Assembly: GCA_963834795.1 (NCBI GenBank)
Contig: CAWIDL010000032.1
Span: 168,769 to 232,768, forward strand
Direction: 5' to 3'
Source of the DNA: an uncultured delta proteobacterium
Lineage (GTDB): Bacteria > Desulfobacterota > Desulfobaccia > Desulfobaccales > 0-14-0-80-60-11
DNA: 64,000 nucleotides
The translations under genes were made by a program, and so were the position numbers. Position 1 is the first letter of the stretch. Every line of letters starts with the position of its first letter. Below, piece after piece: positions 40,101-49,785 of this stretch. The notes beneath the pieces were generated by a model. That model saw only the letters and a list, made by a program, of their open reading frames with translations. It made no database searches and was not told the DNA's origin.

Positions 40101-40175
40101 GCGCAGTTCATACTCCATTAAGGAAGCATCAGTGGCCGAATCTTCAAGGAGCAATATTCTCATTGCCCTTTCCAT
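37107..40175 (-). CDS. Hybrid histidine kinase REC-PAS-GAF-PAS-PAS-HisKA-HATPase-REC
   Basis: N-terminal receiver (LLLED), AHDFNNML, FFTTK..GTGLGL, C-terminal receiver. Confidence 0.93.
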   Translation of the reverse strand: MERAMRILLLEDSATDASLMEYELRKAKLTYTLKQVQTEEAFVAALDHFKPHLIIGDHRLPSYDGLKALVYVQENHSEIPFIFISGVVGEDKAIESLKLGAKDYILKDRLTRLVPAMQRALREVENYREQREVFQKFVNLANFPSENPNPVLRIARDGKILFANQSSSQLLQFWGCEIGQQLADDPKKFALECLASGLKKEIEVICDNIVYSLMLHPINERNYLNVYGTDITERKQVEARLARLNVCFLGFGNNFDANIQQLVEVGGNLLGGTCALYNRLQGDKLFSVGQWQTPADYQALDVAKGHVCFDVICKRADNPLVVRNLQASHYAQTDPNVRRYNLETYIGAVVHCQQVAVGSMCVVYQADIEPAPNDLLFLGIIAAAIGVEEERKQAKEELQRLRRQQELILNSTWEGIIALDLTGNHTFVNPTAARMLGYEVGELLGRHSHLVWHHSKADGTPASEEECPVYAALRKSEAYHGRKEIFWRKDGTSFPAECSFAPLLENGEVKGGVVTFKDVSEQSEAEELSRNLMSWSPVGIYILADKKFKFVNHWFQNAIGYNEKELLNFNFWNLVHPEDREAVRANTLKMLRGKTSIPYKYRVIAKGGKIKWIMETVVKIQYMGKTATLGSFIDITEQKQLEDHFRHAQKMEAVGRLARGVAHDFNNMLTVVRWYSDSIINKTKAGNPIHGHAKGILQAATRAIALTNQLLAFSRKQVMELQVLDLNVVIKDMEPMLRSLIGEDIAIAMVLDPELWAIKADSAQMGQVIMNLAINAQDAMPRGGNLTIETENVYLNAANANKHLEVVPGNYVLLVASDNGIGMDAETRSHLFEPFFTTKKDEKGTGLGLAMVYGIVKQSGGYIWVDSEPGQGTTFKVYFPRVEGTVKPLRERKAPTKVLQGLETILVVEDEDMLRDLICETLGMHRYKVLEARDGSEALRAGEQHEKPLDLLLSDVVLPKMGGRELAERLSRSHPEMRVIFMSGYTENAIVHHGVLDPDINFIHKPFTVIELLRKVREVLAG

Positions 40176-40271
40176 GGGTCATCTCGACTTTAAAAAAAAT
40201 TACATTCTTATCCCATTTTTCAATAGCAGGGATCTTTTATCTCAGATGTCACTACAAATCGTAACGATTGC

Positions 40272-43200
40272 CTATTCCTTTCCAGTGAGGACGTCGTTTA
40301 ATACTTTACCCAGTTCTGCAACGTTATAAGGCTTGGCAATAACAGCAGTAAACCCATATTTCTGGAAATCAGCCATAATCGGGTCATCTGAATAGCCGCT
40401 TGAAACTATAGCCTTCACCTGGGGGTCGATCTTAAGAAGCTCCTTTATGGCCTTCTTGCCTCCCATGCCCCCGGGAATGGTTAGATCCAGGATTACCGCA
40501 GCAAATGCCTGATGGGTCTCCTGCGCTTTGACATATTTTTCTATTGCCTGAGATCCATCGCTGGCAAAATCTACCTCATAGCCCAACCGGTTCAACATCC
40601 CGCCTAAAACTTCTCTGACCATTTCTTCATCGTCCATTACCAGGACTTTCCCTTGCCCCATAGTCGGTTTTACCGTTTCCGGTTCAGCGGCAGGAACTCC
40701 TTTGTCTGTGGCTGGGAGGTAGATATAAAAGGTGGTGCCAACTCCCACCTGGGACTCTACTTGTATGTGCCCGGAATGATTTTTAATAATTGAATAAGCC
40801 GTCGCTAGGCCCAATCCGCTTCCCTTTTGTTTGGTACTAAAATATGGGTCAAATATTTTATCTAAATATTGTGGGGAGATGCCAACCCCTTGATCAACGA
40901 TGGCCAACTTAACATATTTACCCTTTGATATAGTTAACTTCGATTTGGCTTTCACTAAAATATTTTCCGCTTTTATCTTGATAATTCCACCCTCTGGCAT
41001 GGCCTGATCAGCATTTATTAGCAAATTGCCAATAACTTGATTGATCTGTGCTATATCGGCTTCCACTAACCAGAGATTGTCAGGGATGGACACTTCACAG
41101 CGAGACTTGGAACCGGATAACGATAGACTAGCTGACTCTATTATTAAATTAGCAATAGAAACAATCTTTTTAATCGGTGCCCCACCCTTAGCAAAGGTGA
41201 GCAGTTGCCCAGACAAGGCCTGTGCCCTTTGGCAAGCCTGTTCTGCCTTCGCCAGCTTATCTTGAGCCTTAGGCCCTATCTTGCTATACAGCATGGCCAG
41301 GCCAATATTCCCAAGTATGACAGTAAGAATATTGTTGAAGTCGTGGGCTATGCCGCCAGCCAGGGTAGACAGGGATTCCAGCTTGCTGAACCTTAAACGT
41401 TCTGCTTCGGATTTCTGCCGCTCGCTGATATCTCGAAAGATCCCTTGCATCATAGTTTTGCCGCCGAATTCAACCCTCCGGCCGCTTATCTCAACCGGGA
41501 CCTTTGTCTTGTCTTTGCGCAGTATCATAGTGGTTGAGACATCAGGACCGCCTTCCCGCGCCACTTTTTGAAAGTCAGCCATTAATTCCTGCAAGTCTTC
41601 TTCCGGGTGAATTTGGGACATGTTCATGCATAAGAGTTCTGCTTTGCTGTAATCCAGTAACTCCTCAATTTTTCGGTTCGCCTCCACGATGTTGCCGTCG
41701 AGATTAGCCAGGATAATCCCGTCACTGGCGTTATCGATCAAGGAGCGGTACTTGGCCTCTGATGCCCGGAGGGTCTCTTCAGCCTGCTTGCGCTCGGTGA
41801 TGTCGATAATAGTCCCTTCCAGGATCCCCTGTTCCCGGTAAAGCACCAGGGACGTAATACAGTCCCTTACTCCTCCCTGTTTGTCCAGCATTCTAAATTC
41901 AAGCTCCGACACGCGGCCATTTGCAACAAGCCTTCGGACCATCTCGTCGCGCTCTTTTTGCTCTTCCCATAATATTACCGAGGGCGTTCCTTGCGTCTCC
42001 GCCCGAGTCCTTCCTACAATCTCCAGAAACTTCTCGTTAATGTCCAAGGTCTCCCATCCGTCAAGCCTTGTCCTGAACATGGCGACTCCGGAGTTGTTGA
42101 AAAGGTTCCGGAACTTCTCTTCGCTCTCCCGCAGTGCTTTCTCATCCCGCTTCCGGGCCGTGATGTCGTGGCTCACCACCGCGGCGTAAGCCACCGTCCC
42201 GTCCCCATTAAAATATGGTCTGTAAAAGACATTAAAGCACCCCCTGCCCCTCTTCCCGAATTCAAACCAGCCTTCGGATTCCACCGTCTGGCCGGTAAAA
42301 CATCGGTCAAGATATCCTTTGATGTTATTTTTAAATCTATCTTCCTCCCAAATGTTGGCCACGCTGGTTCCCACCACTTCTTCCCGGGTCTTGCCGTGCG
42401 CTTGGCAAAAAGCGACATTGGCCGCCTCATAAATGTAATTGGGGTTGATCAACGTCATGTAATCTTTGGAGGTGTTAGCTATGAACTCATATTTAAGTAA
42501 AGCCTCCTCCACCCGCTTGCGATCGGTGATGTCGATCATCACAGCCACCAACCCGGCCAGATTGCCATCAGCAGTTGAGTAGGTGGCTTTGTGAAAATTG
42601 ACGTCACGTCTGGTGCCATCCGCACGGTCCATAGAAAAATCGTAGATCTGAACCCCAGGCTGCCGGAATAAGGCCGCATCCATTTCAGAGTACTTGTCGG
42701 CCAGATCTTTAGAATATACGTCATAAAGCGACTTGCCAATGATCTCTTCTTTTGGCAAACCTAAAAAATCACTAAGTGCCTTGTTACATCCCAAATATAT
42801 CCCTTCGACATTCTTATAGAAAATGGGACTTGGGATGGTATCGATCAAGGTTTGCAAGAAATACAAATGCTCCCGTAGCGCTTCTTCCGCCCGCTTACGC
42901 TCTTCCTCCACGCTAATGGCGTTGGCGATAATATTTAAGAGATACAAATCGTTTTGGTTCGGATCGATGTCGGCCTGATAAACTACACAAATCGCCCCCA
43001 CCGCGACTTGCTGACAATGAACCGCGGTCCCAATATATGTCTGTAACTTAAACCGCATCACATTAGGGTCACTTTGCGCATAATGACTTTCCTGAAGGTT
43101 GCGGACCACCAAAGGCATATCAGGGCTCTGCCGTATGACATCAAAACAGATGCGTCCTTCGGCGAGATCCACCGCCTTATAATCCGGTGGTGTCTGCCAC

Positions 43201-43850
43201 TGGCCCAGAGAGAAGAGCTTGTCATCCTGGAGGCGGCTGTAAAGAGCGCAATCTGCTCCTAAAATCTCACCTCCTACTTCCACCAGCCGTTGGATGTTTT
43301 TGTCTGAATCATTTCCAAAACCAAGCAAACAATCATTGAATCTGGCCAGGCTTTCTTGGCTCTTGCGCAATGCCTCTTCCGCCCGTTTGCGCGCCGAGAT
43401 ATCCCGGCTCACTCCCTGGATGCCCACCGGGCGCCCTTGAGAATCCCGCAGGAAGGTGGCCTTGGCCTCAGTCCAGATGAGAGAGCCATCTTTGCCAATA
43501 TGTTTCAGTTCCAAGGTCAGCGAGCGCTGGGGGTCTTCACCCTGTTGTTCTAAAGATAACTCTTCAGCCAAAGTCTTCTTGGCCAACTCCAGGGAGGCCG
43601 AGGTCAGTAGCTGCTCCAAATTCATGGCCATGACTTCCTCAGGGGGGTAACCCGCCATAAGTTTGGAGGAGGGGCTGACATAGGTAAATTTCAGGTCCAG
43701 ATCCGTAGTCCAGATGACATCTGAGACATTCTCGGCCAGGAGGCGGTAACGTTTCTCGCTTTCCTGTAAAGCCGCCTTTGCCTGCTTGCGGGCGGCGATG
43801 TCCACGTGCGTGCCTGTATTTTTCCCTTCCCGGGTTTTATTCTTCTTCAT
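40272..43850 (-). CDS. Multi-PAS/GAF hybrid histidine kinase
   Basis: Several PAS-PAC units (DIT.RK..E), one GAF, AHDFNNIL, GSGLGL, C-terminal receiver (VMDDE). Confidence 0.93.
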   Translation of the reverse strand: MKKNKTREGKNTGTHVDIAARKQAKAALQESEKRYRLLAENVSDVIWTTDLDLKFTYVSPSSKLMAGYPPEEVMAMNLEQLLTSASLELAKKTLAEELSLEQQGEDPQRSLTLELKHIGKDGSLIWTEAKATFLRDSQGRPVGIQGVSRDISARKRAEEALRKSQESLARFNDCLLGFGNDSDKNIQRLVEVGGEILGADCALYSRLQDDKLFSLGQWQTPPDYKAVDLAEGRICFDVIRQSPDMPLVVRNLQESHYAQSDPNVMRFKLQTYIGTAVHCQQVAVGAICVVYQADIDPNQNDLYLLNIIANAISVEEERKRAEEALREHLYFLQTLIDTIPSPIFYKNVEGIYLGCNKALSDFLGLPKEEIIGKSLYDVYSKDLADKYSEMDAALFRQPGVQIYDFSMDRADGTRRDVNFHKATYSTADGNLAGLVAVMIDITDRKRVEEALLKYEFIANTSKDYMTLINPNYIYEAANVAFCQAHGKTREEVVGTSVANIWEEDRFKNNIKGYLDRCFTGQTVESEGWFEFGKRGRGCFNVFYRPYFNGDGTVAYAAVVSHDITARKRDEKALRESEEKFRNLFNNSGVAMFRTRLDGWETLDINEKFLEIVGRTRAETQGTPSVILWEEQKERDEMVRRLVANGRVSELEFRMLDKQGGVRDCITSLVLYREQGILEGTIIDITERKQAEETLRASEAKYRSLIDNASDGIILANLDGNIVEANRKIEELLDYSKAELLCMNMSQIHPEEDLQELMADFQKVAREGGPDVSTTMILRKDKTKVPVEISGRRVEFGGKTMMQGIFRDISERQKSEAERLRFSKLESLSTLAGGIAHDFNNILTVILGNIGLAMLYSKIGPKAQDKLAKAEQACQRAQALSGQLLTFAKGGAPIKKIVSIANLIIESASLSLSGSKSRCEVSIPDNLWLVEADIAQINQVIGNLLINADQAMPEGGIIKIKAENILVKAKSKLTISKGKYVKLAIVDQGVGISPQYLDKIFDPYFSTKQKGSGLGLATAYSIIKNHSGHIQVESQVGVGTTFYIYLPATDKGVPAAEPETVKPTMGQGKVLVMDDEEMVREVLGGMLNRLGYEVDFASDGSQAIEKYVKAQETHQAFAAVILDLTIPGGMGGKKAIKELLKIDPQVKAIVSSGYSDDPIMADFQKYGFTAVIAKPYNVAELGKVLNDVLTGKE

Positions 43851-44137
43851 CGCGCCATCCTCTTGGTTAAAGGATCGGGGAGATTTCTTTCGGCATTCCG
43901 ATTTTCATTAGAGATCTGGACGATTTTAGCAAGAAAGTGAGCAGACATAGGAGCAAGAAATCAGCCTGGGAAGCTTCATGGACATGACCGGCCTCAATAC
44001 AGTCCTTGCCCAACCGGAGGACACCTCATCAAATATATTTTAAAATGAGATTATGCGGCAACCTGGGCCGCCGCAATCCAAAAATGGGTTTGGGGAGCTC
44101 TTTGCCCAGGAAAAATCCCCCAAAATTTTTGTTCTTG

Positions 44138-44700
44138 AAGCCGAATCCTCTCGTCGACGCCATGATAGCACAAGCTTCCTTAAAAAGGAATTTGTTAAAA
44201 ATTTGAGCATACCACACCCCCAGAACCAAGATACCTCACTGCTGGGGAGCCTAAGGACCCCAGGCCAGCACTGCTCGATAATGGGGAGCCAGGAAGAAAG
44301 CAGAAATTTCCGGTATGGTCTGAACAGCTAACTTGCCAAAGCTATTTCCTATGTGCAAAGTCAAGTTCCTAAAAAGCCCCTGGTGTTCGTTTTCGCTGAA
44401 AATCCAAGCCAGTCTCCTATTCGTGGTTCCCCTCGCAGGTGGTACCGCAAGTAAGTAATCCGAGGGGGCAAGATGAAGGTCGATGCGCACTAGCTTGCCA
44501 CTATACGCCCTTCCGCTAATCTTTCCATATGATTCGTATCTCAGAAACTTTTGTAAATGGAATTTGGATTGGTAATTTTGAAAGATTGAAAAATTTTCAG
44601 GGAGATCATATTGACCAGGGGGGACGGGACTCCAATCCCCGGGGTTGCCTTCCAGGGCCGCAAATCCTCCAGGCTTGGGGGGGGCTGGGGAGGGCCGGGG
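44138..44700 (+). repeat. Junction module S-T-P-Q (most complete copy)
   Basis: Contains the S block, 26-mer T, 38-mer P and Q motif in the same order as 30621-31250. Confidence 0.9.
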
Positions 44701-45059
44701 CCTAGCTGACCGTTGCCAGATGGCCAAGCTGGATGGAGTGGGGCGCGCCATGCGGAGGACATTACGCATGCTGGACCCCAGGACCGGGGGCAGAGTGGTG
44801 GGAACTCCCCAGGGCCAAGGGTAGGAGAAGGGCAACCATAAATAAAAGAGGCTCAATCTAAATAGATAGATCAAGCCTCTTTTGCCATGCTTCGCCTTGT
44901 CAAGCCTAAGACGCCGCAAGATGCCACGCCTTGACTGGACGAGCAGCGATCAACCCTGCCTCCCTAAATCCTGTCATGGCCCAGTAATTTAGCTTTATCG
45001 GCAAGGCAAATCATGATTTTATCTTAACATGATTTTAATGAGATGGCAAGGTTTTTTTG

Positions 45060-45593
45060 ATAGGTTATATCCGGGTCTGCCTTGATACCTGCCACCTGGC
45101 GGTAGAGTTTGAAGACCCCGGGGCGGCCCTGGCGGCCTGGGCCGATAATGGCATCCAGGTGGGCAAGGTCCAGATCACCGCGGGCCTCAAGGTTCTGCTC
45201 CCCCACGAGTCCCAGGAGCGGGCGGACCTGGCCCGGCAACTGGAGCCCTTTACCCGGTCCCCCTATCTCCATCAGGTCATTGCCCACCGTGGCCACAGGT
45301 GCCAGACCCAATTTCGGGATCTGGCCGCCGCCCTGCCTTTGCTGTCCCCTTCGCCGGACCGGCAGTGGCGCATCCATTACCACATGCCCCTTTTCGTGGA
45401 CCGGTACCAACACCTCGCCTCCACCCACGATGAAACCCGGGCGGTCCTGGCGTTGCTCCAGGAAAATAAATTCACCCGGCACCTGGAGATCGAAACCTAC
45501 ACCTGGGAGTGGCTGCCCCCGGGACTCAAGGCCGACCTTCTGGACTCCCTGCACCGGGAGTACTTGTGGGTGCTGGATTGCCTGGGGATGTAA
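45060..45593 (+). pseudogene. eboE: C-terminal half of an EboE-like (xylose-isomerase-fold) protein
   Basis: VCLDTCHLAVEFE, GKVQI, YLHQV, WRIHYHMPLF, HLEIETYTW; no N-terminal half, abrupt shift from AT-rich DNA. Confidence 0.8.
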
Positions 45594-45625
45594 GGCGGGA
45601 ACTCAAGGATAAGTTCAGTGTGGTG

Positions 45626-46234
45626 TTAAAGCGGAAAATCCCGTAAAACCTTAAAGAGCTGCTCCTCGGCCCCGTCGAAGAAATGGTCGGCTCCGGCAAT
45701 GACCTTGAGCTCCGGCGGCGTGCCCCGGCTTTCCCGGAGCCGCGCCTGCAAATCTGCCAGCGGACAGAGTTCGTCCCGGTCCCCCACCACAATGAGCCTC
45801 AGTGCCGGCACCTCCGGTAAAAAAGCCAGATCCATAAACGCGATGGGAGGGGCAATCAAAAGGACTCCATCGGCGTTAAGACCATTTAGCATGGCCCGGG
45901 CCGCCACGAAGGCCCCGAAGGAATAGCCCACCACGTAATGGGGCCCGGGAGTTCTGGTCTTCAGAAAATCCAGGGCCGCGGCCAGGTCCGCCACCTCCGC
46001 CAGGCCGCCGCCATAATTGCCGGTGCTGCGCCCCGCCCCCCGGAAATTAAAACGCAACGTCGTCCACCGCCGCGCCGCAAAGGCGCGCCCTGCGGTCCAG
46101 ACCACATTGTTATCCATACTCCCGCCAAACAGGGGATGGGGATGGGTGATGACCACCCCCCCGCCGCCGTCTCCCGCCAGCAGCCGGCCTTCCAGGCTTG
46201 CTTCCGCCCCGGCAATGCTTACTTCCTCTTCCAT
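45626..46234 (-). CDS. Alpha/beta-fold hydrolase
   Basis: HPHPLFGGSM.N, RFNFRG.G.S.G, GYSFG nucleophile elbow, GADHFF. Confidence 0.9.
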   Translation of the reverse strand: MEEEVSIAGAEASLEGRLLAGDGGGGVVITHPHPLFGGSMDNNVVWTAGRAFAARRWTTLRFNFRGAGRSTGNYGGGLAEVADLAAALDFLKTRTPGPHYVVGYSFGAFVAARAMLNGLNADGVLLIAPPIAFMDLAFLPEVPALRLIVVGDRDELCPLADLQARLRESRGTPPELKVIAGADHFFDGAEEQLFKVLRDFPL

Positions 46235-46327
46235 TTACGATTAAATTACTTTAATGCAACGGGCCTGACAAGACTATTTGCTTCGAGGTGAAAGTAACCG
46301 TCTCAGGACGGCTTGCCGTGGTGGTGG

Positions 46328-46356
46328 TTGACAGCCCCGCAACCTTCGGATATTTT
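46328..46356 (+). promoter_or_regulatory. Putative sigma70 promoter of the liv/ior operon
   Basis: TTGACA-N17-TATTTT about 70 bp before the ATG at 46426. Confidence 0.5.
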
Positions 46357-46425
46357 AGAATTTTTAAGAACCGGCCTCGGCGCCCGAACGCCCCCTAGGG
46401 GGTGCACCTTCTTCGAGCCTTAACC

Positions 46426-47299
46426 ATGGGGACTCTCAGCGACCTCGTGCAGTTCATCTTTGCCGGATTGACCGGCGGGGCGATTTACGCCTTGGTGGCC
46501 CTGGGCTTCGGAGTGGTGCATAACACCATGGGGATCGTCAATTTCACCCAGGTGGATTTCGTCTCCCTGGGCGGCATGCTGCTGTTCAGTGCCCTGTTTG
46601 CCGCGGGGCTGCCCATGGCCGCCGCCCTGCCCGTTGCAGTGGCGGGAGTGACGCTAATAGCCTGGTGGGTCGAGGTCCTGGGCCTCCAGCCATCCCGCTC
46701 CCAGAGCCGCCTGGTGCTGATCTTCCTGACCATCGGCCTCTCCATCATCCTGCGGGGAGTCATGAAGCTCATCTGGGGCAAAAACCGCATGGCCGTGCCG
46801 TCGCTGTCGGGAGAAGAGCCGGTCCGCTGGCTCGGCGCTACGATCCTCCCACAAACCTTATGGATTCTGGCGCTTACTGCCGTGGCCATCGTCTGCCTGG
46901 TTCTGTTCTTCCGGAAGACCTCTTTGGGTTTGGCCATGCGGGGAGTGGCGGCCAATGCCGAAGCCGCGGCGGTGGTGGGCCTTAAAGTCGGGCAGGTCAA
47001 GGCCCTGAGCTTTGCCCTGGCCGGCGCCCTGGGGGGCCTGGCCGGTTGCCTGGTGACCCCCATCACCACCTTGAGCTATGACGTGGGGGTGCTGCTGGGA
47101 CTCAAGGGATTCGCCGCCGCCATCCTGGGTGGGTTCGGCTCCTTTCCCGGGGCTATTGCCGGCGGGCTGCTCCTGGGGCTCCTGGAAAGCCTGGGCGCCG
47201 CCTATATCAGCAGCGCCTATAAGGGACGTCATCGCCTTTGTCGTGCTCCTTTTGGTCCTGTTCATCCGCCCCCGGGGTCTGCTGGGGGGAGAGGCCTAA
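46426..47299 (+). pseudogene. livH: Branched-chain amino acid (HAAT) ABC permease, LivH-like, frameshifted near the 3' end
   Basis: G.IYALVALG, KGFAAAILGG.GS. One extra G at 47223-47225; the corrected end reads YKDVIAFVVLLLVLFIRPRGLLG. Confidence 0.8.
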
Positions 47300-47425
47300 C
47301 CGGCACTTTAAAGGGGACAACTCATCACTTTTGACCGCGGGCCGGGGAGAAGAAACGCCAGGAAGGCCATGTTAAGCAAGCCTTCCATTGATATGTGTGT
47401 TTAACTTAATGATTGACGCGGAACT

Positions 47426-49270
47426 ATGGCTACGCAGCAGAACCCCGAACGCATCCTCATGGGCAACGAAGCCATCGCCCGGGGGCTCATCGAGGCCGGC
47501 GTCACCCTCGTGGCCTCCTATCCCGGCACCCCGGCTTCCGAGATCCTCTCCGCGGTGGTGGCCTTTGCCAAAGAGACCGGCGCCCCGGTGCACGCCGAGT
47601 GGTCGGTAAACGAAAAGGTGGCCTATGAAGTGGCCCTGGCCAATTCCTACACCGGCCGCCGCTCCGCGGTCTCCATGAAGCAGGTGGGCCTCAACGTGGC
47701 CTCGGACCCCTTTATGCGCTCCGCTTACCTGGGCGTCAAGGGCGGCCTGGTGGTCATCTCCGCCGACGATCCCGGCCCCCACAGTTCCCAGACGGAGCAG
47801 GACAGCCGTTTCTTTGCCATGTTCGCCAAGGTGCCGGTACTGGACCCCAGCAGCCCGCGGGAAGCCAAAGAGATGATTCGCCGGGCTTACGAAATCTCCG
47901 AAAAATACGAGCTGCCGGTGATGCTCCGCCCCACCACCCGGGTCTGCCACGCCCGCCAGAATGTGCCCCTGGCCGCCCCCGAGCCCCTGGCGCGGTCGGC
48001 CCGCTTCGAGAAGAATCCCCGACGCTGGTGCGCCACCCCCCAATACCTGCGGGAACTGCACCGCCTCCTTAATAAAAAAATCCGGCAGCTCGCGGCCGCA
48101 GACGAGTTTGCCCCCATCCTGACGCCCGGGGACGGCTCCCATGCCGGAACTTGCCTCATCGCTTCGGGCGTGGCATTCGCCCACGCCTGGGATGTCCTCA
48201 TGGAGCTGGGGCTCTTGGGCCGCATCGATTGCTATCAGGTAACCCTGCCCTATCCCCTTAACCGGGGCTTTATCCAACAGATTGACTCCGGTTACCAAAA
48301 GGTCCTGGTCCTGGAAGAGACCTATCCGGTCATCGAAACCCAATTGGCGTGCGCCGCGGTCCAGGGAAGGGGCTCTCAAGCCGTACCCAATGAAGGGGAA
48401 CTCACCCCCGAAGTCATCCAAGCCGTCCTGGAGCGCGCCCTTTCGCTGCCGCTCAGTCCGGCCCTGGGCGGCCCCCAGGGAGAACTCACCCGGCCGACCC
48501 TGTGCGCCGGGTGCGCCCACCGGGCCGCCTTCTACGCCATCCGGGAGACTTTCCCCCACGGCATCTTCCCCAGCGACATCGGCTGCTACACCCTGGGGAT
48601 GAACCTGGGCGCGGTGGACACCTGCCATTGCATGGGCGCCGGCATCAGCCAGGCCGCCGGCTTTTACCACGCCTACGCCGCGGCTGGTGACGACCTGCCC
48701 ACCATCGTGGCCACCATCGGGGACTCCACCTTTTTCCACGCCGGCGTCCCGGCCCTGATTAACGCCGTGTTCCACCGGGCCCGCTTTATCCTGGTCATCC
48801 TGGACAACGCCACCACCGCCATGACCGGCCACCAGCCCACCCCGGAGCTCGGCCTCACCGCCATGGGCGAGCCGGCGACCCGGGTTTTCATCGCCGACCT
48901 GGTGCGGGCTAGCGGCGCCCGCTTCTTACAGGAGTGCGACCCTTACGACCTTAAGGCCTTCGCCTCCCATTTAAAAGACGCGGAGCAGTATTGCCGGAGC
49001 GAAGCGGGCGGGGTGGCGGTGCTCATTGCCCGGCATCCCTGCCTCCTGGACAAAGACACCAGAAAAGCCCAGCCGGCTTACGAGATGTGCGTCACCGAGG
49101 ATTGCACCGGTTGCCGGCACTGCCTGGACGATTTTGAATGTCCCGGGCTGGCCCTGAATGAGGCCACCGACCAGGTGGTCATCGACGGCGAGCGCTGCAT
49201 CGGTTGCGGCTTCTGCGTCTACGTCTGCCCGGCCGGGTCCATCACGGCTTCCCCCAAGGACCGGCCATGA
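47426..49270 (+). CDS. iorA: Indolepyruvate:ferredoxin oxidoreductase alpha subunit
   Basis: MGNEAIARG, YPGTP.SE, KQVGLNVA.D, SSQTEQD.R, LCAGC.HR, GDSTFFH, C-terminal 2x[4Fe-4S] motifs. Confidence 0.95.
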   Translation: MATQQNPERILMGNEAIARGLIEAGVTLVASYPGTPASEILSAVVAFAKETGAPVHAEWSVNEKVAYEVALANSYTGRRSAVSMKQVGLNVASDPFMRSAYLGVKGGLVVISADDPGPHSSQTEQDSRFFAMFAKVPVLDPSSPREAKEMIRRAYEISEKYELPVMLRPTTRVCHARQNVPLAAPEPLARSARFEKNPRRWCATPQYLRELHRLLNKKIRQLAAADEFAPILTPGDGSHAGTCLIASGVAFAHAWDVLMELGLLGRIDCYQVTLPYPLNRGFIQQIDSGYQKVLVLEETYPVIETQLACAAVQGRGSQAVPNEGELTPEVIQAVLERALSLPLSPALGGPQGELTRPTLCAGCAHRAAFYAIRETFPHGIFPSDIGCYTLGMNLGAVDTCHCMGAGISQAAGFYHAYAAAGDDLPTIVATIGDSTFFHAGVPALINAVFHRARFILVILDNATTAMTGHQPTPELGLTAMGEPATRVFIADLVRASGARFLQECDPYDLKAFASHLKDAEQYCRSEAGGVAVLIARHPCLLDKDTRKAQPAYEMCVTEDCTGCRHCLDDFECPGLALNEATDQVVIDGERCIGCGFCVYVCPAGSITASPKDRP

Positions 49271-49785
49271 AACAGCAGATCATCGTCAGCGGCCTGGGAG
49301 GGCAGGGTGCCCTCACCCTCACCCGCCTGCTGGCGGAAGCCGCCTTTGCCGCCCACTTCCCGGTCCTGACCTCCGAGACCCACGGCATGGCCCAACGCGG
49401 CGGCACCGTCATCTCCATGATCAAGGTGGGTCCCTTCCGGGGGTCCTTGATTCTGGCCGGCGCCGCGGACGTGGGGCTCTTCCTCACCTTGAAAAACCTA
49501 GCCGTCCACGGTTTCTACCTGAAGCCGGACGCGGCGCGCTTCGTCAATTCCGACACTCCAGGCGATTACTGGCACCTCGATGCCCGGACCATGGCGCAGC
49601 AACTGGGGGCGCCCGTGGTGGCCAACCTCATCCTCCTGGGATACGCCGTGGGGCAAGGGGCCCTGTTCTGCGACCCCCAACTCATGGAAAAAGTCATCAC
49701 CGACAAGTCCCCGGCCCGTTTCCGGGAATCGAACTTCCGGGCCTTTGGCGCGGGGGTGGAGGCAGCGCGGCGTGCCAACCCTTAA
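49267..49785 (+). CDS. iorB: Indolepyruvate oxidoreductase beta subunit
   Basis: SGLGGQG, SETHGMAQRGG.V, AN.ILLG; ATG overlaps the iorA stop. Confidence 0.92.
   Translation: MKQQIIVSGLGGQGALTLTRLLAEAAFAAHFPVLTSETHGMAQRGGTVISMIKVGPFRGSLILAGAADVGLFLTLKNLAVHGFYLKPDAARFVNSDTPGDYWHLDARTMAQQLGAPVVANLILLGYAVGQGALFCDPQLMEKVITDKSPARFRESNFRAFGAGVEAARRANP

Noticed and set aside
44251..44919. 222-aa ORF across the junction module
   Set aside because: Spans repeated motifs whose other copies do not preserve the frame; no protein features.
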